Positions 12,601-27,420 of a DNA stretch of 64,000 nucleotides are shown here, piece by piece. Both the position numbers and the translations under genes were made by a program. Positions within the stretch are counted from its first letter, which is position 1, and every line of letters begins with the position of its first letter. Source of the DNA: Eledone cirrhosa (taxonomy: Eukaryota). The notes under the pieces are model-generated. The model saw nothing but the letters and a program-made list of their open reading frames with translations, was not told where the DNA came from and did no database searches. The stretch spans positions 1 through 64,000 of the forward strand of contig CAXHJY010001429.1 of assembly GCA_964016885.1 (NCBI GenBank), read 5' to 3'.

Positions 12601-15600
12601 GACGTTTAACACGGTTTGGTTCCACAGCCACAACTATTGATTTTACGGAGATATCTTGCTGAAATTCACGCCGCACATAGCCAATGAGTGTCTGCACATG
12701 TACCAGTAATTACAGATCGATCCGACCACGGGCGGCCGGCCCGCGATTGAAAAGGTAACTCCGCCGGCAAATCGTCATTTTTGGATTCGTTTTCTTCGAA
12801 GCACACCATTCGCCGGCGGACTTTGTTGACGTTTAACACGGTTTGGTTCCACAGCCACAACTATTGATTTTACGGAGATATCTTGCTGAAATTCACGCCG
12901 CACATAGCCAATGAGTGTCTGCACATGTACCAGTAATTACAGATCGATCCGACCACGGGCGGCCGGCCCGCGATTGAAAAGGTAACTCCGCCGGCAAATC
13001 GTCATTTTTGGATTCGTTTTCTTCGAAGCACACCATTCGCCGGCGGACTTTGTTGACGTTTAACACGGTTTGGTTCCACAGCCACAACTATTGAATTTAC
13101 GGAGATATCTTGCTGAAATTCACGCCACACATAGCCAATGAGTGTCTGCACATGTACCAGTAATTACAGATCGATCCGACCACGGGCGGCCGGCCCGCGA
13201 TTGAAAAGGTAACTCCGCCGGCAAATCGTCATTTTTGGATTCGTTTTCTTCGAAGCACACCATTCGCCGGCGGACTTTGTTGACGTTTAACACGGTTTGG
13301 TTCCACAGCCACAACTATTGATTTTACGGAGATATCTTGCTGAAATTCACGCCGCACATAGCCAATGAGTGTCTGCACATGTACCAGTAATTACAGATCG
13401 ATCCGACCACGGGCGGCCGGTCCGCGATTGAAAAGGTAACTCCGCCGGCAAATCGTCATTTTTGGATTCGTTTTCTTCGAAGCACACCATTCGCCGGCGG
13501 ACTTTGTTGACGTTTAACACGGTTTGGTTCCACAGCCACAACTATTGATTTTACGGAGATATCTTGCTGAAATTCACGCCGCACATAGCCAATGAGTGTC
13601 TGCACATGTACCAGTAATTACAGATCGATCCGACCACTGGCGGCCGGCCCGCGATTGAAAAGGTAACTCCGCCGGCAAATCGTCATTTTTGGATTCGTTT
13701 TCTTCGAAGCACACCATTCGCCGGCGGACATTGTTGACGTTTAACACGGTTTGGTTCCACAGCCACAACTATTGATTTTACGGAGATATCTTGCTGAAAT
13801 TCACGCCACACATAGCCAATGAGTGTCTGCACATGTACCAGTAATTACAGATCGATCCGACCACGGGCGGCCGGCCCGCGATTGAAAAGGTAACTCCGCC
13901 GGCAAATCGTCATTTTTGGATTCGTTTTCTTCGAAGCACACCATTCGCCGGCGGACTTTGTTGACGTTTAACACGGTTTGGTTCCACAGCCACAACTATT
14001 GAATTCACGGAGATATCTTGCTGAAATTCACGCCACACATAGCCAATGAGTGTCTGCACATGTACCAGTAATTACAGATCGATCCGACCACGGGCGGCCG
14101 GCCCGCGATTGAAAAGGTAACTCCGCCGGCAAATCGTCATTTTTGGATTCGTTTTCTTCGAAGCACACTATTCGCCGGCGGACTTTGTTGACGTTTAACA
14201 CGGTTTGGTTCCACAGCCACAACTATTGATTTTACGGAGATATCTTGCTGAAATTCACGCCGCACATAGCCAATGAGTGTCTGCACATGTACCAGTAATT
14301 ACAGATCTATCCGACCACGGGCGGCCGGCCCGCGATTGAAAAGGTAACTCCGCCGGCAAATCGTCATTTTTGGATTCGTTTTCTTCGAAGCACACCATTC
14401 GCCGGCGGACTTTGTTGACGTTTAACACGGTTTGGTTCCACAGCCACAACTATTGATTTTACGGAGATATCTTGCTGAAATTCACGCCACACATAGCCAA
14501 TGAGTGTCTGCACATGTACCAGTAATTACAGATCGATCCGACCACGGGCGGCCGGCCCGCGATTAAAAAGGTAACTCCGCCGGCAAATCGTCATTTTTGG
14601 ATTCGTTTTCTTCGAAGCACACCATTCGCCGGCGGACTTTGTTGACGTTTAACACGGTTTGGTTCCACAGCCACAACTATTGAATTTACGGAGATATCTT
14701 GCTGAAATTCACGCCACACATAGCCAATGAGTGTCTGCACATGTACCAGTAATTACAGATCGATCCGACCACGGGCGGCCGGCCCGCGATTGAAAAGGTA
14801 ACTCCGCCGGCAAATCGTCATTTTTGGATTCGTTTTCTTCGAAGCACACTATTCGCCGGCGGACTTTGTTGACGTTTAACACGGTTTGGTTCCACAGCCA
14901 CAACTATTGATTTTACGGAGATATCTTGCTGAAATTCACGCCGCACATAGCCAATGAGTGTCTGCACATGTACCAGTAATTACAGATCTATCCGACCACG
15001 GGCGGCCGGCCCGCGATTGAAAAGGTAACTCCGCCGGCAAATCGTCATTTTTGGATTCGTTTTCTTCGAAGCACACCATTCGCCGGCGGACTTTGTTGAC
15101 GTTTAACACGGTTTGGTTCCACAGCCACAACTATTGATTTTACGGAGATATCTTGCTGAAATTCACGCCACACATAGCCAATGAGTGTCTGCACATGTAC
15201 CAGTAATTACAGATCGATCCGACCACGGGCGGCCGGCCCGCGATTAAAAAGGTAACTCCGCCGGCAAATCGTCATTTTTGGATTCGTTTTCTTCGAAGCA
15301 CACCATTCGCCGGCGGACTTTGTTGACGTTTAACACGGTTTGGTTCCACAGCCACAACTATTGAATTTACGGAGATATCTTGCTGAAATTCACGCCACAC
15401 ATAGCCAATGAGTGTCTGCACATGTACCAGTAATTACAGATCGATCCGACCACGGGCGGCCGGCCCGCGATTGAAAAGGTAACTCCGCCGGCAAATCGTC
15501 ATTTTTGGATTCGTTTTCTTCGAAGCACACCATTCGCCGGCGGACTTTGTTGACGTTTAACACGGTTTGGTTCCACAGCCACAACTATTGATTTTACGGA

Positions 15601-18600
15601 GATATCTTGCTGAAATTCACGCCGCACATAGCCAATGAGTGTCTGCACATGTACCAGTAATTACAGATCTATCCGACCACGGGCGGCCGGCCCGCGATTG
15701 AAAAGGTAACTCCGCCGGCAAATCGTCATTTTTGGATTCGTTTTCTTCGAAGCACACCATTCGCCGGCGGACTTTGTTGACGTTTAACACGGTTTCGTTC
15801 CACAGCCACAACTATTGATTTTACGGAGATATCTTGCTGAAATTCACGCCACACATAGCCAATGAGTGTCTGCACATGTACCAGTAATTACAGATCGATC
15901 CGACCACGGGCGGCCGGCCCGCGATTGAAAAGGTAACTCCGCCGGCAAATCGTCATTTTTGGATTCGTTTTCTTCGAAGCACACCATTCGCCGGCGGACT
16001 TTGTTGACGTTTAACACGGTTTGGTTCCACAGCCACAACTATTGATTTTACGGAGATATCTTGCTGAAATTCACGCCACACATAGCCAATGAGTGTCTGC
16101 ACATGTACCAGTAATTACAGATCGATCCGACCACGGGCGGCCGGCCCGCGATTGAAAAGGTAACTCCGCCGGCAAATCGTCATTTTTGGATTCGTTTTCT
16201 TCGAAGCACACCATTCGCCGGCGGACTTTGTTGACGTTTAACACGGTTTGGTTCCACAGCCACAACTATTGATTTTACGGAGATATCTTGCTGAAATTCA
16301 CGCCACACATAGCCAATGAGTGTCTGCACATGTACCAGTAATTACAGATCGATCCGACCACGGGCGGCCGGCCCGCGATTGAAAAGGTAACTCCGCCGGC
16401 AAATCGTCATTTTTGGATTCGTTTTCTTCGAAGCACACCATTCGCCGGCGGACTTTGTTGACGTTTAACACGGTTTGGTTCCACAGCCACAACTATTGAT
16501 TTTACGGAGATATCTTGCTGAAATTCACGCCGCACATAGCCAATGAGTGTCTGCACATGTACCAGTAATTACAGATCGATCCGACCACGGGCGGCCGGCC
16601 CGCGATTGAAAAGGTAACTCCGCCGGCAAATCGTCATTTTTGGATTCGTTTTCTTCGAAGCACACCATTCGCCGGCGGACATTGTTGACGTTTAACACGG
16701 TTTGGTTCCACAGCCATAACTATTGATTTTACGGAGATATCTTGCTGAAATTCACGCCACACATAGCCAATGAGTGTCTGCACATGTACCAGTAATTACA
16801 GATCGATCCGACCACGGGCGGCCGGCCCGCGATTGAAAAGGTAACTCCGCCGGCAAATCGTCATTTTTGGATTCGTTTTCTTCGAAGCACACCATTCGCC
16901 GGCGGACTTTGTTGACGTTTAACACGGTTTGGTTCCACAGCCACAACTATTGAATTTACGGAGATATCTTGCTGAAATTCACGCCACACATAGCCAATGA
17001 GTGTCTGCACATGTACCAGTAATTACAGATCGATCCGACCACGGGCGGCCGGCCCGCGATTGAAAAGGTAACTCCGCCGGCAAATCGTCATTTTTGGATT
17101 CGTTTTCTTCGAAGCACACCATTCGCCGGCGGACTTTGTTGACGTTTAACACGGTTTGGTTCCACAGCCACAACTATTGAATTTACGGAGATATCTTGCT
17201 GAAATTCACGCCACACATAGCCAATGAGTGTCTGCACATGTACCAGTAATTACAGATCGATCCGACCACGGGCGGCCGGCCCGCGATTGAAAAGGTAACT
17301 CCGCTGGCAAATCGTCATTTTTGGATTCGTTTTCTTCGAAGCACACCATTCGCCGGCGGACTTTGTTGACGTTTAACACGGTTTGGTTCCACAGCCACAA
17401 CTATTGAATTCACGGAGATATCTTGCTGAAATTCACGCCACACATAGCCAATGAGTGTCTGCACATGTACCAGTAATTACAGATCGATCCGACCACGGGC
17501 GGCCGGCCCGCGATTGAAAAGGTAACTCCGCCGGCAAATCGTCATTTTTGGATTCGTTTTCTTCGAAGCACACCATTCGCCGGCGGACTTTGTTGACGTT
17601 TAACACGGTTTGGTTCCACAGCCACAACTATTGATTTTACGGAGATATCTTGCTGAAATTCACGCCACACATAGCCAATGAGTGTCTGCACATGTACCAG
17701 TAATTACAGATCGATCCGACCACGGGCGGCCGGCCCGCGATTAAAAAGGTAACTCCGCCGGCAAATCGTCATTTTTGGATTCGTTTTCTTCGAAGCACAC
17801 CATTCGCCGGCGGACTTTGTTGACGTTTAACACGGTTTGGTTCCACAGCCACAACTATTGAATTTACGGAGATATCTTGCTGAAATTCACGCCACACATA
17901 GCCAATGAGTGTCTGCACATGTACCAGTAATTACAGATCGATCCGACCACGGGCGGCCGGCCCGCGATTGAAAAGGTAACTCCGCCGGCAAATCGTCATT
18001 TTTGGATTCGTTTTCTTCGAAGCACACCATTCGCCGGCGGACTTTGTTGACGTTTAACACGGTTTGGTTCCACAGCCACAACTATTGATTTTACGGAGAT
18101 ATCTTGCTGAAATTCACGCCGCACATAGCCAATGAGTGTCTGCACATGTACCAGTAATTACAGATCTATCCGACCACGGGCGGCCGGCCCGCGATTGAAA
18201 AGGTAACTCCGCCGGCAAATCGTCATTTTTGGATTCGTTTTCTTCGAAGCACACCATTCGCCGGCGGACTTTGTTGACGTTTAACACGGTTTCGTTCCAC
18301 AGCCACAACTATTGATTTTACGGAGATATCTTGCTGAAATTCACGCCACACATAGCCAATGAGTGTCTGCACATGTACCAGTAATTACAGATCGATCCGA
18401 CCACGGGCGGCCGGCCCGCGATTGAAAAGGTAACTCCGCCGGCAAATCGTCATTTTTGGATTCGTTTTCTTCGAAGCACACCATTCGCCGGCGGACTTTG
18501 TTGACGTTTAACACGGTTTGGTTCCACAGCCACAACTATTGATTTTACGGAGATATCTTGCTGAAATTCACGCCACACATAGCCAATGAGTGTCTGCACA

Positions 18601-21600
18601 TGTACCAGTAATTACAGATCGATCCGACCACGGGCGGCCGGCCCGCGATTGAAAAGGTAACTCCGCCGGCAAATCGTCATTTTTGGATTCGTTTTCTTCG
18701 AAGCACACCATTCGCCGGCGGACTTTGTTGACGTTTAACACGGTTTGGTTCCACAGCCACAACTATTGATTTTACGGAGATATCTTGCTGAAATTCACGC
18801 CACACATAGCCAATGAGTGTCTGCACATGTACCAGTAATTACAGATCGATCCGACCACGGGCGGCCGGCCCGCGATTAAAAAGGTAACTCCGCCGGCAAA
18901 TCGTCATTTTTGGATTCGTTTTCTTCGAAGCACACCATTCGCCGGCGGACTTTGTTGACGTTTAACACGGTTTGGTTCCACAGCCACAACTATTGATTTT
19001 ACGGAGATATCTTGCTGAAATTCACGCCACACATAGCCAATGAGTGTCTGCACATGTACCAGTAATTACAGATCGATCCGACCACGGGCGGCCGGCCCGC
19101 GATTGAAAAGGTAACTCCGCCGGCAAATCGTCATTTTTGGATTCGTTTTCTTCGAAGCACACCATTCGCCGGCGGACTTTGTTGACGTTTAACACGGTTT
19201 GGTTCCACAGCCACAACTATTGATTTTACGGAGATATCTTGCTGAAATTCACGCCGCACATAGCCAATGAGTGTCTGCACATGTACCAGTAATTACAGAT
19301 CGATCCGACCACGGGCGGCCGGCCCGCGATTGAAAAGGTAACTCCGCCGGCAAATCGTCATTTTTGGATTCGTTTTCTTCGAAGCACACCATTCGCCGGC
19401 GGACTTTGTTGACGTTTAACACGGTTTGGTTCCACAGCCACAACTATTGATTTTACGGAGATATCTTGCTGAAATTCACGCCACACATAGCCAATGAGTG
19501 TCTGCACATGTACCAGTAATTACAGATCGATCCGACCACGGGCGGCCGGCCCGCGATTAAAAAGGTAACTCCGCCGGCAAATCGTCATTTTTGGATTCGT
19601 TTTCTTCGAAGCACACCATTCGCCGGCGGACTTTGTTGACGTTTAACACGGTTTGGTTCCACAGCCACAACTATTGATTTTACGGAGATATCTTGCTGAA
19701 ATTCACGCCACACATAGCCAATGAGTGTCTGCACATGTACCAGTAATTACAGATCGATCCGACCACGGGCGGCCGGCCCGCGATTAAAAAGGTAACTCCG
19801 CCGGCAAATCGTCATTTTTGGATTCGTTTTCTTCGAAGCACACCATTCGCCGGCGGACTTTGTTGACGTTTAACACGGTTTGGTTCCACAGCCACAACTA
19901 TTGAATTTACGGAGATATCTTGCTGAAATTCACGCCACACATAGCCAATGAGTGTCTGCACATGTACCAGTAATTACAGATCGATCCGACCACGGGCGGC
20001 CGGCCCGCGATTGAAAAGGTAACTCCGCCGGCAAATCGTCATTTTTGGATTCGTTTTCTTCGAAGCACACCATTCGCCGGCGGACTTTGTTGACGTTTAA
20101 CACGGTTTGGTTCCACAGCCACAACTATTGATTTTACGGAGATATCTTGCTGAAATTCACGCCGCACATAGCCAATGAGTGTCTGCACATGTACCAGTAA
20201 TTACAGATCGATCTGACCACGGGCGGCCGGCCCGCGATTGAAAAGGTAACTCCGCCGGCAAATCGTCATTTTTGGATTCGTTTTCTTCGAAGCACACCAT
20301 TCGCCGGCGGACTTTGTTGACGTTTAACACGGTTTGGTTCCACAGCCACAACTATTGATTTTACGGAGATATCTTGCTGAAATTCACGCCGCACATAGCC
20401 AATGAGTGTCTGCACATGTACCAGTAATTACAGATCTATCCGACCACGGGCGGCCGGCCCGCGATTGAAAAGGTAACTCCGCCGGCAAATCGTCATTTTT
20501 GGATTCGTTTTCTTCGAAGCACACCATTCGCCGGCGGACTTTGTTGACGTTTAACACGGTTTGGTTCCACAGTCACAACTATTGATTTTACGGAGATATC
20601 TTGCTGAAATTCACGCCACACATAGCCAATGAGTGTCTGCACATGTACCAGTAATTACAGATCGATCCGACCACGGGCGGCCGGCCCGCGATTGAAAAGG
20701 TAACTCCGCCGGCAAATCGTCATTTTTGGATTCGTTTTCTTCGAAGCACACCATTCGCCGGCGGACTTTGTTGACGTTTAACACGGTTTGGTTCCACAGC
20801 CACAACTATTGAATTTACGGAGATATCTTGCTGAAATTCACGCCACACATAGCCAATGAGTGTCTGCACATGTACCAGTAATTACAGATCGATCCGACCA
20901 CGGGCGGCCGGCCCGCGATTGAAAAGGTAACTCCGCTGGCAAATCGTCATTTTTGGATTCGTTTTCTTCGAAGCACACCATTCGCCGGCGGACTTTGTTG
21001 ACGTTTAACACGGTTTGGTTCCACAGCCACAACTATTGAATTCACGGAGATATCTTGCTGAAATTCACGCCACACATAGCCAATGAGTGTCTGCACATGT
21101 ACCAGTAATTACAGATCGATCCGACCACGGGCGGCCGGCCCGCGATTGAAAAGGTAACTCCGCCGGCAAATCGTCATTTTTGGATTCGTTTTCTTCGAAG
21201 CACACCATTCGCCGGCGGACTTTGTTGACGTTTAACACGGTTTGGTTCCACAGCCACAACTATTGATTTTACGGAGATATCTTGCTGAAATTCACGCCGC
21301 ACATAGCCAATGAGTGTCTGCACATGTACCAGTAATTACAGATCGATCCGACCACGGGCGGCCGGCCCGCGATTGAAAAGGTAACTCCGCCGGCAAATCG
21401 TCATTTTTGGATTCGTTTTCTTCGAAGCACACCATTCGCCGGCGGACTTTGTTGACGTTTAACACGGTTTGGTTCCACAGCCACAACTATTGATTTTACG
21501 GAGATATCTTGCTGAAATTCACGCCGCACATAGCCAATGAGTGTCTGCACATGTACCAGTAATTACAGATCGATCTGACCACGGGCGGCCGGCCCGCGAT

Positions 21601-21972
21601 TGAAAAGGTAACTCCGCCGGCAAATCGTCATTTTTGGATTCGTTTTCTTCGAAGCACACCATTCGCCGGCGGACTTTGTTGACGTTTAACACGGTTTGGT
21701 TCCACAGCCACAACTATTGATTTTACGGAGATATCTTGCTGAAATTCACGCCGCACATAGCCAATGAGTGTCTGCACATGTACCAGTAATTACAGATCTA
21801 TCCGACCACGGGCGGCCGGCCCGCGATTGAAAAGGTAACTCCGCCGGCAAATCGTCATTTTTGGATTCGTTTTCTTCGAAGCACACCATTCGCCGGCGGA
21901 CTTTGTTGACGTTTAACACGGTTTGGTTCCACAGTCACAACTATTGATTTTACGGAGATATCTTGCTGAAAT

Positions 21973-24900
21973 TCACGCCACACATAGCCAATGAGTGTCT
22001 GCACATGTACCAGTAATTACAGATCGATCCGACCACGGGCGGCCGGCCCGCGATTGAAAAGGTAACTCCGCCGGCAAATCGTCATTTTTGGATTCGTTTT
22101 CTTCGAAGCACACCATTCGCCGGCGGACTTTGTTGACGTTTAACACGGTTTGGTTCCACAGCCACAACTATTGATTTTACGGAGATATCTTGCTGAAATT
22201 CACGCCGCACATAGCCAATGAGTGTCTGCACATGTACCAGTAATTACAGATCGATCCGACCACGGGCAGCCGGCCCGCGATTGAAAAGGTAACTCCGCCG
22301 GCAAATCGTCATTTTTGGATTCGTTTTCTTCGAAGCACACCATTCGCCGGCGGACTTTGTTGACGTTTAACACGGTTTGGTTCCACAGCCACAACTATTG
22401 ATTTTACGGAGATATCTTGCTGAAATTCACGCCGCACATAGCCAATGAGTGTCTGCACATGTACCAGTAATTACAGATCGATCCGACCACGGGCGGCCGG
22501 CCCGCGATTGAAAAGGTAACTCCGCCGGCAAATCGTCATTTTTGGATTCGTTTTCTTCGAAGCACACCATTCGCCGGCGGACTTTGTTGACGTTTAACAC
22601 GGTTTGGTTCCACAGCCACAACTATTGAATTTACGGAGATATCTTGCTGAAATTCACGCCACACATAGCCAATGAGTGTCTGCACATGTACCAGTAATTA
22701 CAGATCGATCCGACCACGGGCGGCCGGCCCGCGATTGAAAAGGTAACTCCGCTGGCAAATCGTCATTTTTGGATTGGTTTTCTTCGAAGCACACCATTCG
22801 CCGGCGGACTTTGTTGACGTTTAACACGGTTTGGTTCCACAGCCACAACTATTGAATTCACGGAGATATCTTGCTGAAATTCACGCCACACATAGCCAAT
22901 GAGTGTCTGCACATGTACCAGTAATTACAGATCGATCCGACCACGGGCGGCCGGCCCGCGATTGAAAAGGTAACTCCGCCGGCAAATCGTCATTTTTGGA
23001 TTCGTTTTCTTCGAAGCACACCATTCGCCGGCGGACTTTGTTGACGTTTAACACGGTTTGGTTCCACAGCCACAACTATTGATTTTACGGAGATATCTTG
23101 CTGAAATTCACGCCGCACATAGCCAATGAGTGTCTGCACATGTACCAGTAATTACAGATCGATCCGACCACGGGCAGCCGGCCCGCGATTGAAAAGGTAA
23201 CTCCGCCGGCAAATCGTCATTTTTGGATTCGTTTTCTTCGAAGCACACCATTCGCCGGCGGACTTTGTTGACGTTTAACACGGTTTGGTTCCACAGCCAC
23301 AACTATTGATTTTACGGAGATATCTTGCTGAAATTCACGCCGCACATAGCCAATGAGTGTCTGCACATGTACCAGTAATTACAGATCGATCCGACCACGG
23401 GCGGCCGGCCCGCGATTGAAAAGGTAACTCCGCCGGCAAATCGTCATTTTTGGATTCGTTTTCTTCGAAGCACACCATTCGCCGGCGGACTTTGTTGACG
23501 TTTAACACGGTTTGGTTCCACAGCCACAACTATTGATTTTACGGAGATATCTTGCTGAAATTCACGCCACACATAGCCAATGAGTGTCTGCACATGTACC
23601 AGTAATTACAGATCGATCCGACCACGGGCGGCCGGCCCGCGATTAAAAAGGTAACTCCGCCGGCAAATCGTCATTTTTGGATTCGTTTTCTTCGAAGCAC
23701 ACCATTCGCCGGCGGACTTTGTTGACGTTTAACACGGTTTGGTTCCACAGCCACAACTATTGAATTTACGGAGATATCTTGCTGAAATTCACGCCACACA
23801 TAGCCAATGAGTGTCTGCACATGTACCAGTAATTACAGATCGATCCGACCACGGGCGGCCGGCCCGCGATTGAAAAGGTAACTCCGCCGGCAAATCGTCA
23901 TTTTTGGATTCGTTTTCTTCGAAGCACACCATTCGCCGGCGGACTTTGTTGACGTTTAACACGGTTTGGTTCCACAGCCACAACTATTGATTTTACGGAG
24001 ATATCTTGCTGAAATTCACGCCGCACATAGCCAATGAGTGTCTGCACATGTACCAGTAATTACAGATCGATCCGACCACGGGCGGCCGGCCCGCGATTGA
24101 AAAGGTAACTCCGCTGGCAAATCGTCATTTTTGGATTCGTTTTCTTCGAAGCACACCATTCGCCGGCGGACTTTGTTGACGTTTAACACGGTTTGGTTCC
24201 ACAGCCACAACTATTGAATTCACGGAGATATCTTGCTGAAATTCACGCCACACATAGCCAATGAGTGTCTGCACATGTACCAGTAATTACAGATCGATCC
24301 GACCACGGGCGGCCGGCCCGCGATTGAAAAGGTAACTCCGCCGGCAAATCGTCATTTTTGGATTCGTTTTCTTCGAAGCACACCATTCGCCGGCGGACTT
24401 TGTTGACGTTTAACACGGTTTGGTTCCACAGCCACAACTATTGATTTTACGGAGATATCTTGCTGAAATTCACGCCGCACATAGCCAATGAGTGTCTGCA
24501 CATGTACCAGTAATTACAGATCGATCCGACCACGGGCGGCCGGCCCGCGATTGAAAAGGTAACTCCGCCGGCAAATCGTCATTTTTGGATTCGTTTTCTT
24601 CGAAGCACACCATTCGCCGGCGGACTTTGTTGACGTTTAACACGGTTTGGTTCCACAGCCACAACTATTGATTTTACGGAGATATCTTGCTGAAATTCAC
24701 GCCGCACATAGCCAATGAGTGTCTGCACATGTACCAGTAATTACAGATCTATCCGACCACGGGCGGCCGGCCCGCGATTGAAAAGGTAACTCCGCCGGCA
24801 AATCGTCATTTTTGGATTCGTTTTCTTCGAAGCACACCATTCGCCGGCGGACTTTGTTGACGTTTAACACGGTTTGGTTCCACAGTCACAACTATTGATT

Positions 24901-27420
24901 TTACGGAGATATCTTGCTGAAATTCACGCCACACATAGCCAATGAGTGTCTGCACATGTACCAGTAATTACAGATCGATCCGACCACGGGCGGCCGGCCC
25001 GCGATTGAAAAGGTAACTCCGCCGGCAAATCGTCATTTTTGGATTCGTTTTCTTCGAAGCACACCATTCGCCGGCGGACTTTGTTGACGTTTAACACGGT
25101 TTGGTTCCACAGCCACAACTATTGAATTTACGGAGATATCTTGCTGAAATTCACGCCACACATAGCCAATGAGTGTCTGCACATGTACCAGTAATTACAG
25201 ATCGATCCGACCACGGGCGGCCGGCCCGCGATTGAAAAGGTAACTCCGCTGGCAAATCGTCATTTTTGGATTCGTTTTCTTCGAAGCACACCATTCGCCG
25301 GCGGACTTTGTTGACGTTTAACACGGTTTGGTTCCACAGCCACAACTATTGAATTCACGGAGATATCTTGCTGAAATTCACGCCACACATAGCCAATGAG
25401 TGTCTGCACATGTACCAGTAATTACAGATCGATCCGACCACGGGCGGCCGGCCCGCGATTGAAAAGGTAACTCCGCCGGCAAATCGTCATTTTTGGATTC
25501 GTTTTCTTCGAAGCACACCATTCGCCGGCGGACTTTGTTGACGTTTAACACGGTTTGGTTCCACAGCCACAACTATTGATTTTACGGAGATATCTTGCTG
25601 AAATTCACGCCGCACATAGCCAATGAGTGTCTGCACATGTACCAGTAATTACAGATCGATCCGACCACGGGCGGCCGGCCCGCGATTGAAAAGGTAACTC
25701 CGCCGGCAAATCGTCATTTTTGGATTCGTTTTCTTCGAAGCACACCATTCGCCGGCGGACTTTGTTGACGTTTAACACGGTTTGGTTCCACAGCCACAAC
25801 TATTGATTTTACGGAGATATCTTGCTGAAATTCACGCCGCACATAGCCAATGAGTGTCTGCACATGTACCAGTAATTACAGATCGATCCGACCACGGGCG
25901 GCCGGCCCGCGATTGAAAAGGTAACTCCGCCGGCAAATCGTCATTTTTGGATTCGTTTTCTTCGAAGCACACCATTCGCCGGCGGACTTTGTTGACGTTT
26001 AACACGGTTTGGTTCCACAGCCACAACTATTGAATTTACGGAGATATCTTGCTGAAATTCACGCCACACATAGCCAATGAGTGTCTGCACATGTACCAGT
26101 AATTACAGATCGATCCGACCACGGGCGGCCGGCCCGCGATTGAAAAGGTAACTCCGCCGGCAAATCGTCATTTTTGGATTCGTTTTCTTCGAAGCACACC
26201 ATTCGCCGGCGGACTTTGTTGACGTTTAACACGGTTTGGTTCCACAGCCACAACTATTGATTTTACGGAGATATCTTGCTGAAATTCACGCCGCACATAG
26301 CCAATGAGTGTCTGCACATGTACCAGTAATTACAGATCGATCCGACCACGGGCGGCCGGTCCGCGATTGAAAAGGTAACTCCGCCGGCAAATCGTCATTT
26401 TTGGATTCGTTTTCTTCGAAGCACACCATTCGCCGGCGGACTTTGTTGACGTTTAACACGGTTTGGTTCCACAGCCACAACTATTGATTTTACGGAGATA
26501 TCTTGCTGAAATTCACGCCGCACATAGCCAATGAGTGTCTGCACATGTACCAGTAATTACAGATCGATCCGACCACTGGCGGCCGGCCCGCGATTGAAAA
26601 GGTAACTCCGCCGGCAAATCGTCATTTTTGGATTCGTTTTCTTCGAAGCACACCATTCGCCGGCGGACATTGTTGACGTTTAACACGGTTTGGTTCCACA
26701 GCCACAACTATTGATTTTACGGAGATATCTTGCTGAAATTCACGCCACACATAGCCAATGAGTGTCTGCACATGTACCAGTAATTACAGATCGATCCGAC
26801 CACGGGCGGCCGGCCCGCGATTGAAAAGGTAACTCCGCCGGCAAATCGTCATTTTTGGATTCGTTTTCTTCGAAGCACACCATTCGCCGGCGGACTTTGT
26901 TGACGTTTAACACGGTTTGGTTCCACAGCCACAACTATTGAATTCACGGAGATATCTTGCTGAAATTCACGCCACACATAGCCAATGAGTGTCTGCACAT
27001 GTACCAGTAATTACAGATCGATCCGACCACGGGCGGCCGGCCCGCGATTGAAAAGGTAACTCCGCCGGCAAATCGTCATTTTTGGATTCGTTTTCTTCGA
27101 AGCACACTATTCGCCGGCGGACTTTGTTGACGTTTAACACGGTTTGGTTCCACAGCCACAACTATTGATTTTACGGAGATATCTTGCTGAAATTCACGCC
27201 GCACATAGCCAATGAGTGTCTGCACATGTACCAGTAATTACAGATCTATCCGACCACGGGCGGCCGGCCCGCGATTGAAAAGGTAACTCCGCCGGCAAAT
27301 CGTCATTTTTGGATTCGTTTTCTTCGAAGCACACCATTCGCCGGCGGACTTTGTTGACGTTTAACACGGTTTGGTTCCACAGCCACAACTATTGATTTTA
27401 CGGAGATATCTTGCTGAAAT
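21973..27420. repeat. Dispersed 24-monomer copy of the block at ~4038-9487
   Basis: Same allele order (gggcagcc 22200 and 23108, cagtcac 24697, ggtccg 26286, cactgg 26513, cactattc 26967). Offset from the second 22-mer copy is 12939 = 57x227. Confidence 0.88.

Larger units (their letters stand above)
5174..15162. repeat. Higher-order repeat: two tandem copies of a 22-monomer (4994 bp) block
   Basis: The ordered series of rare alleles repeats at +4994 = 22x227: ggtccg units 8353/13347, cactgg+acattg 8580/13574, cactattc 9034/14028 and 9715/14709, cagtcac 6764/11758. Confidence 0.93.
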
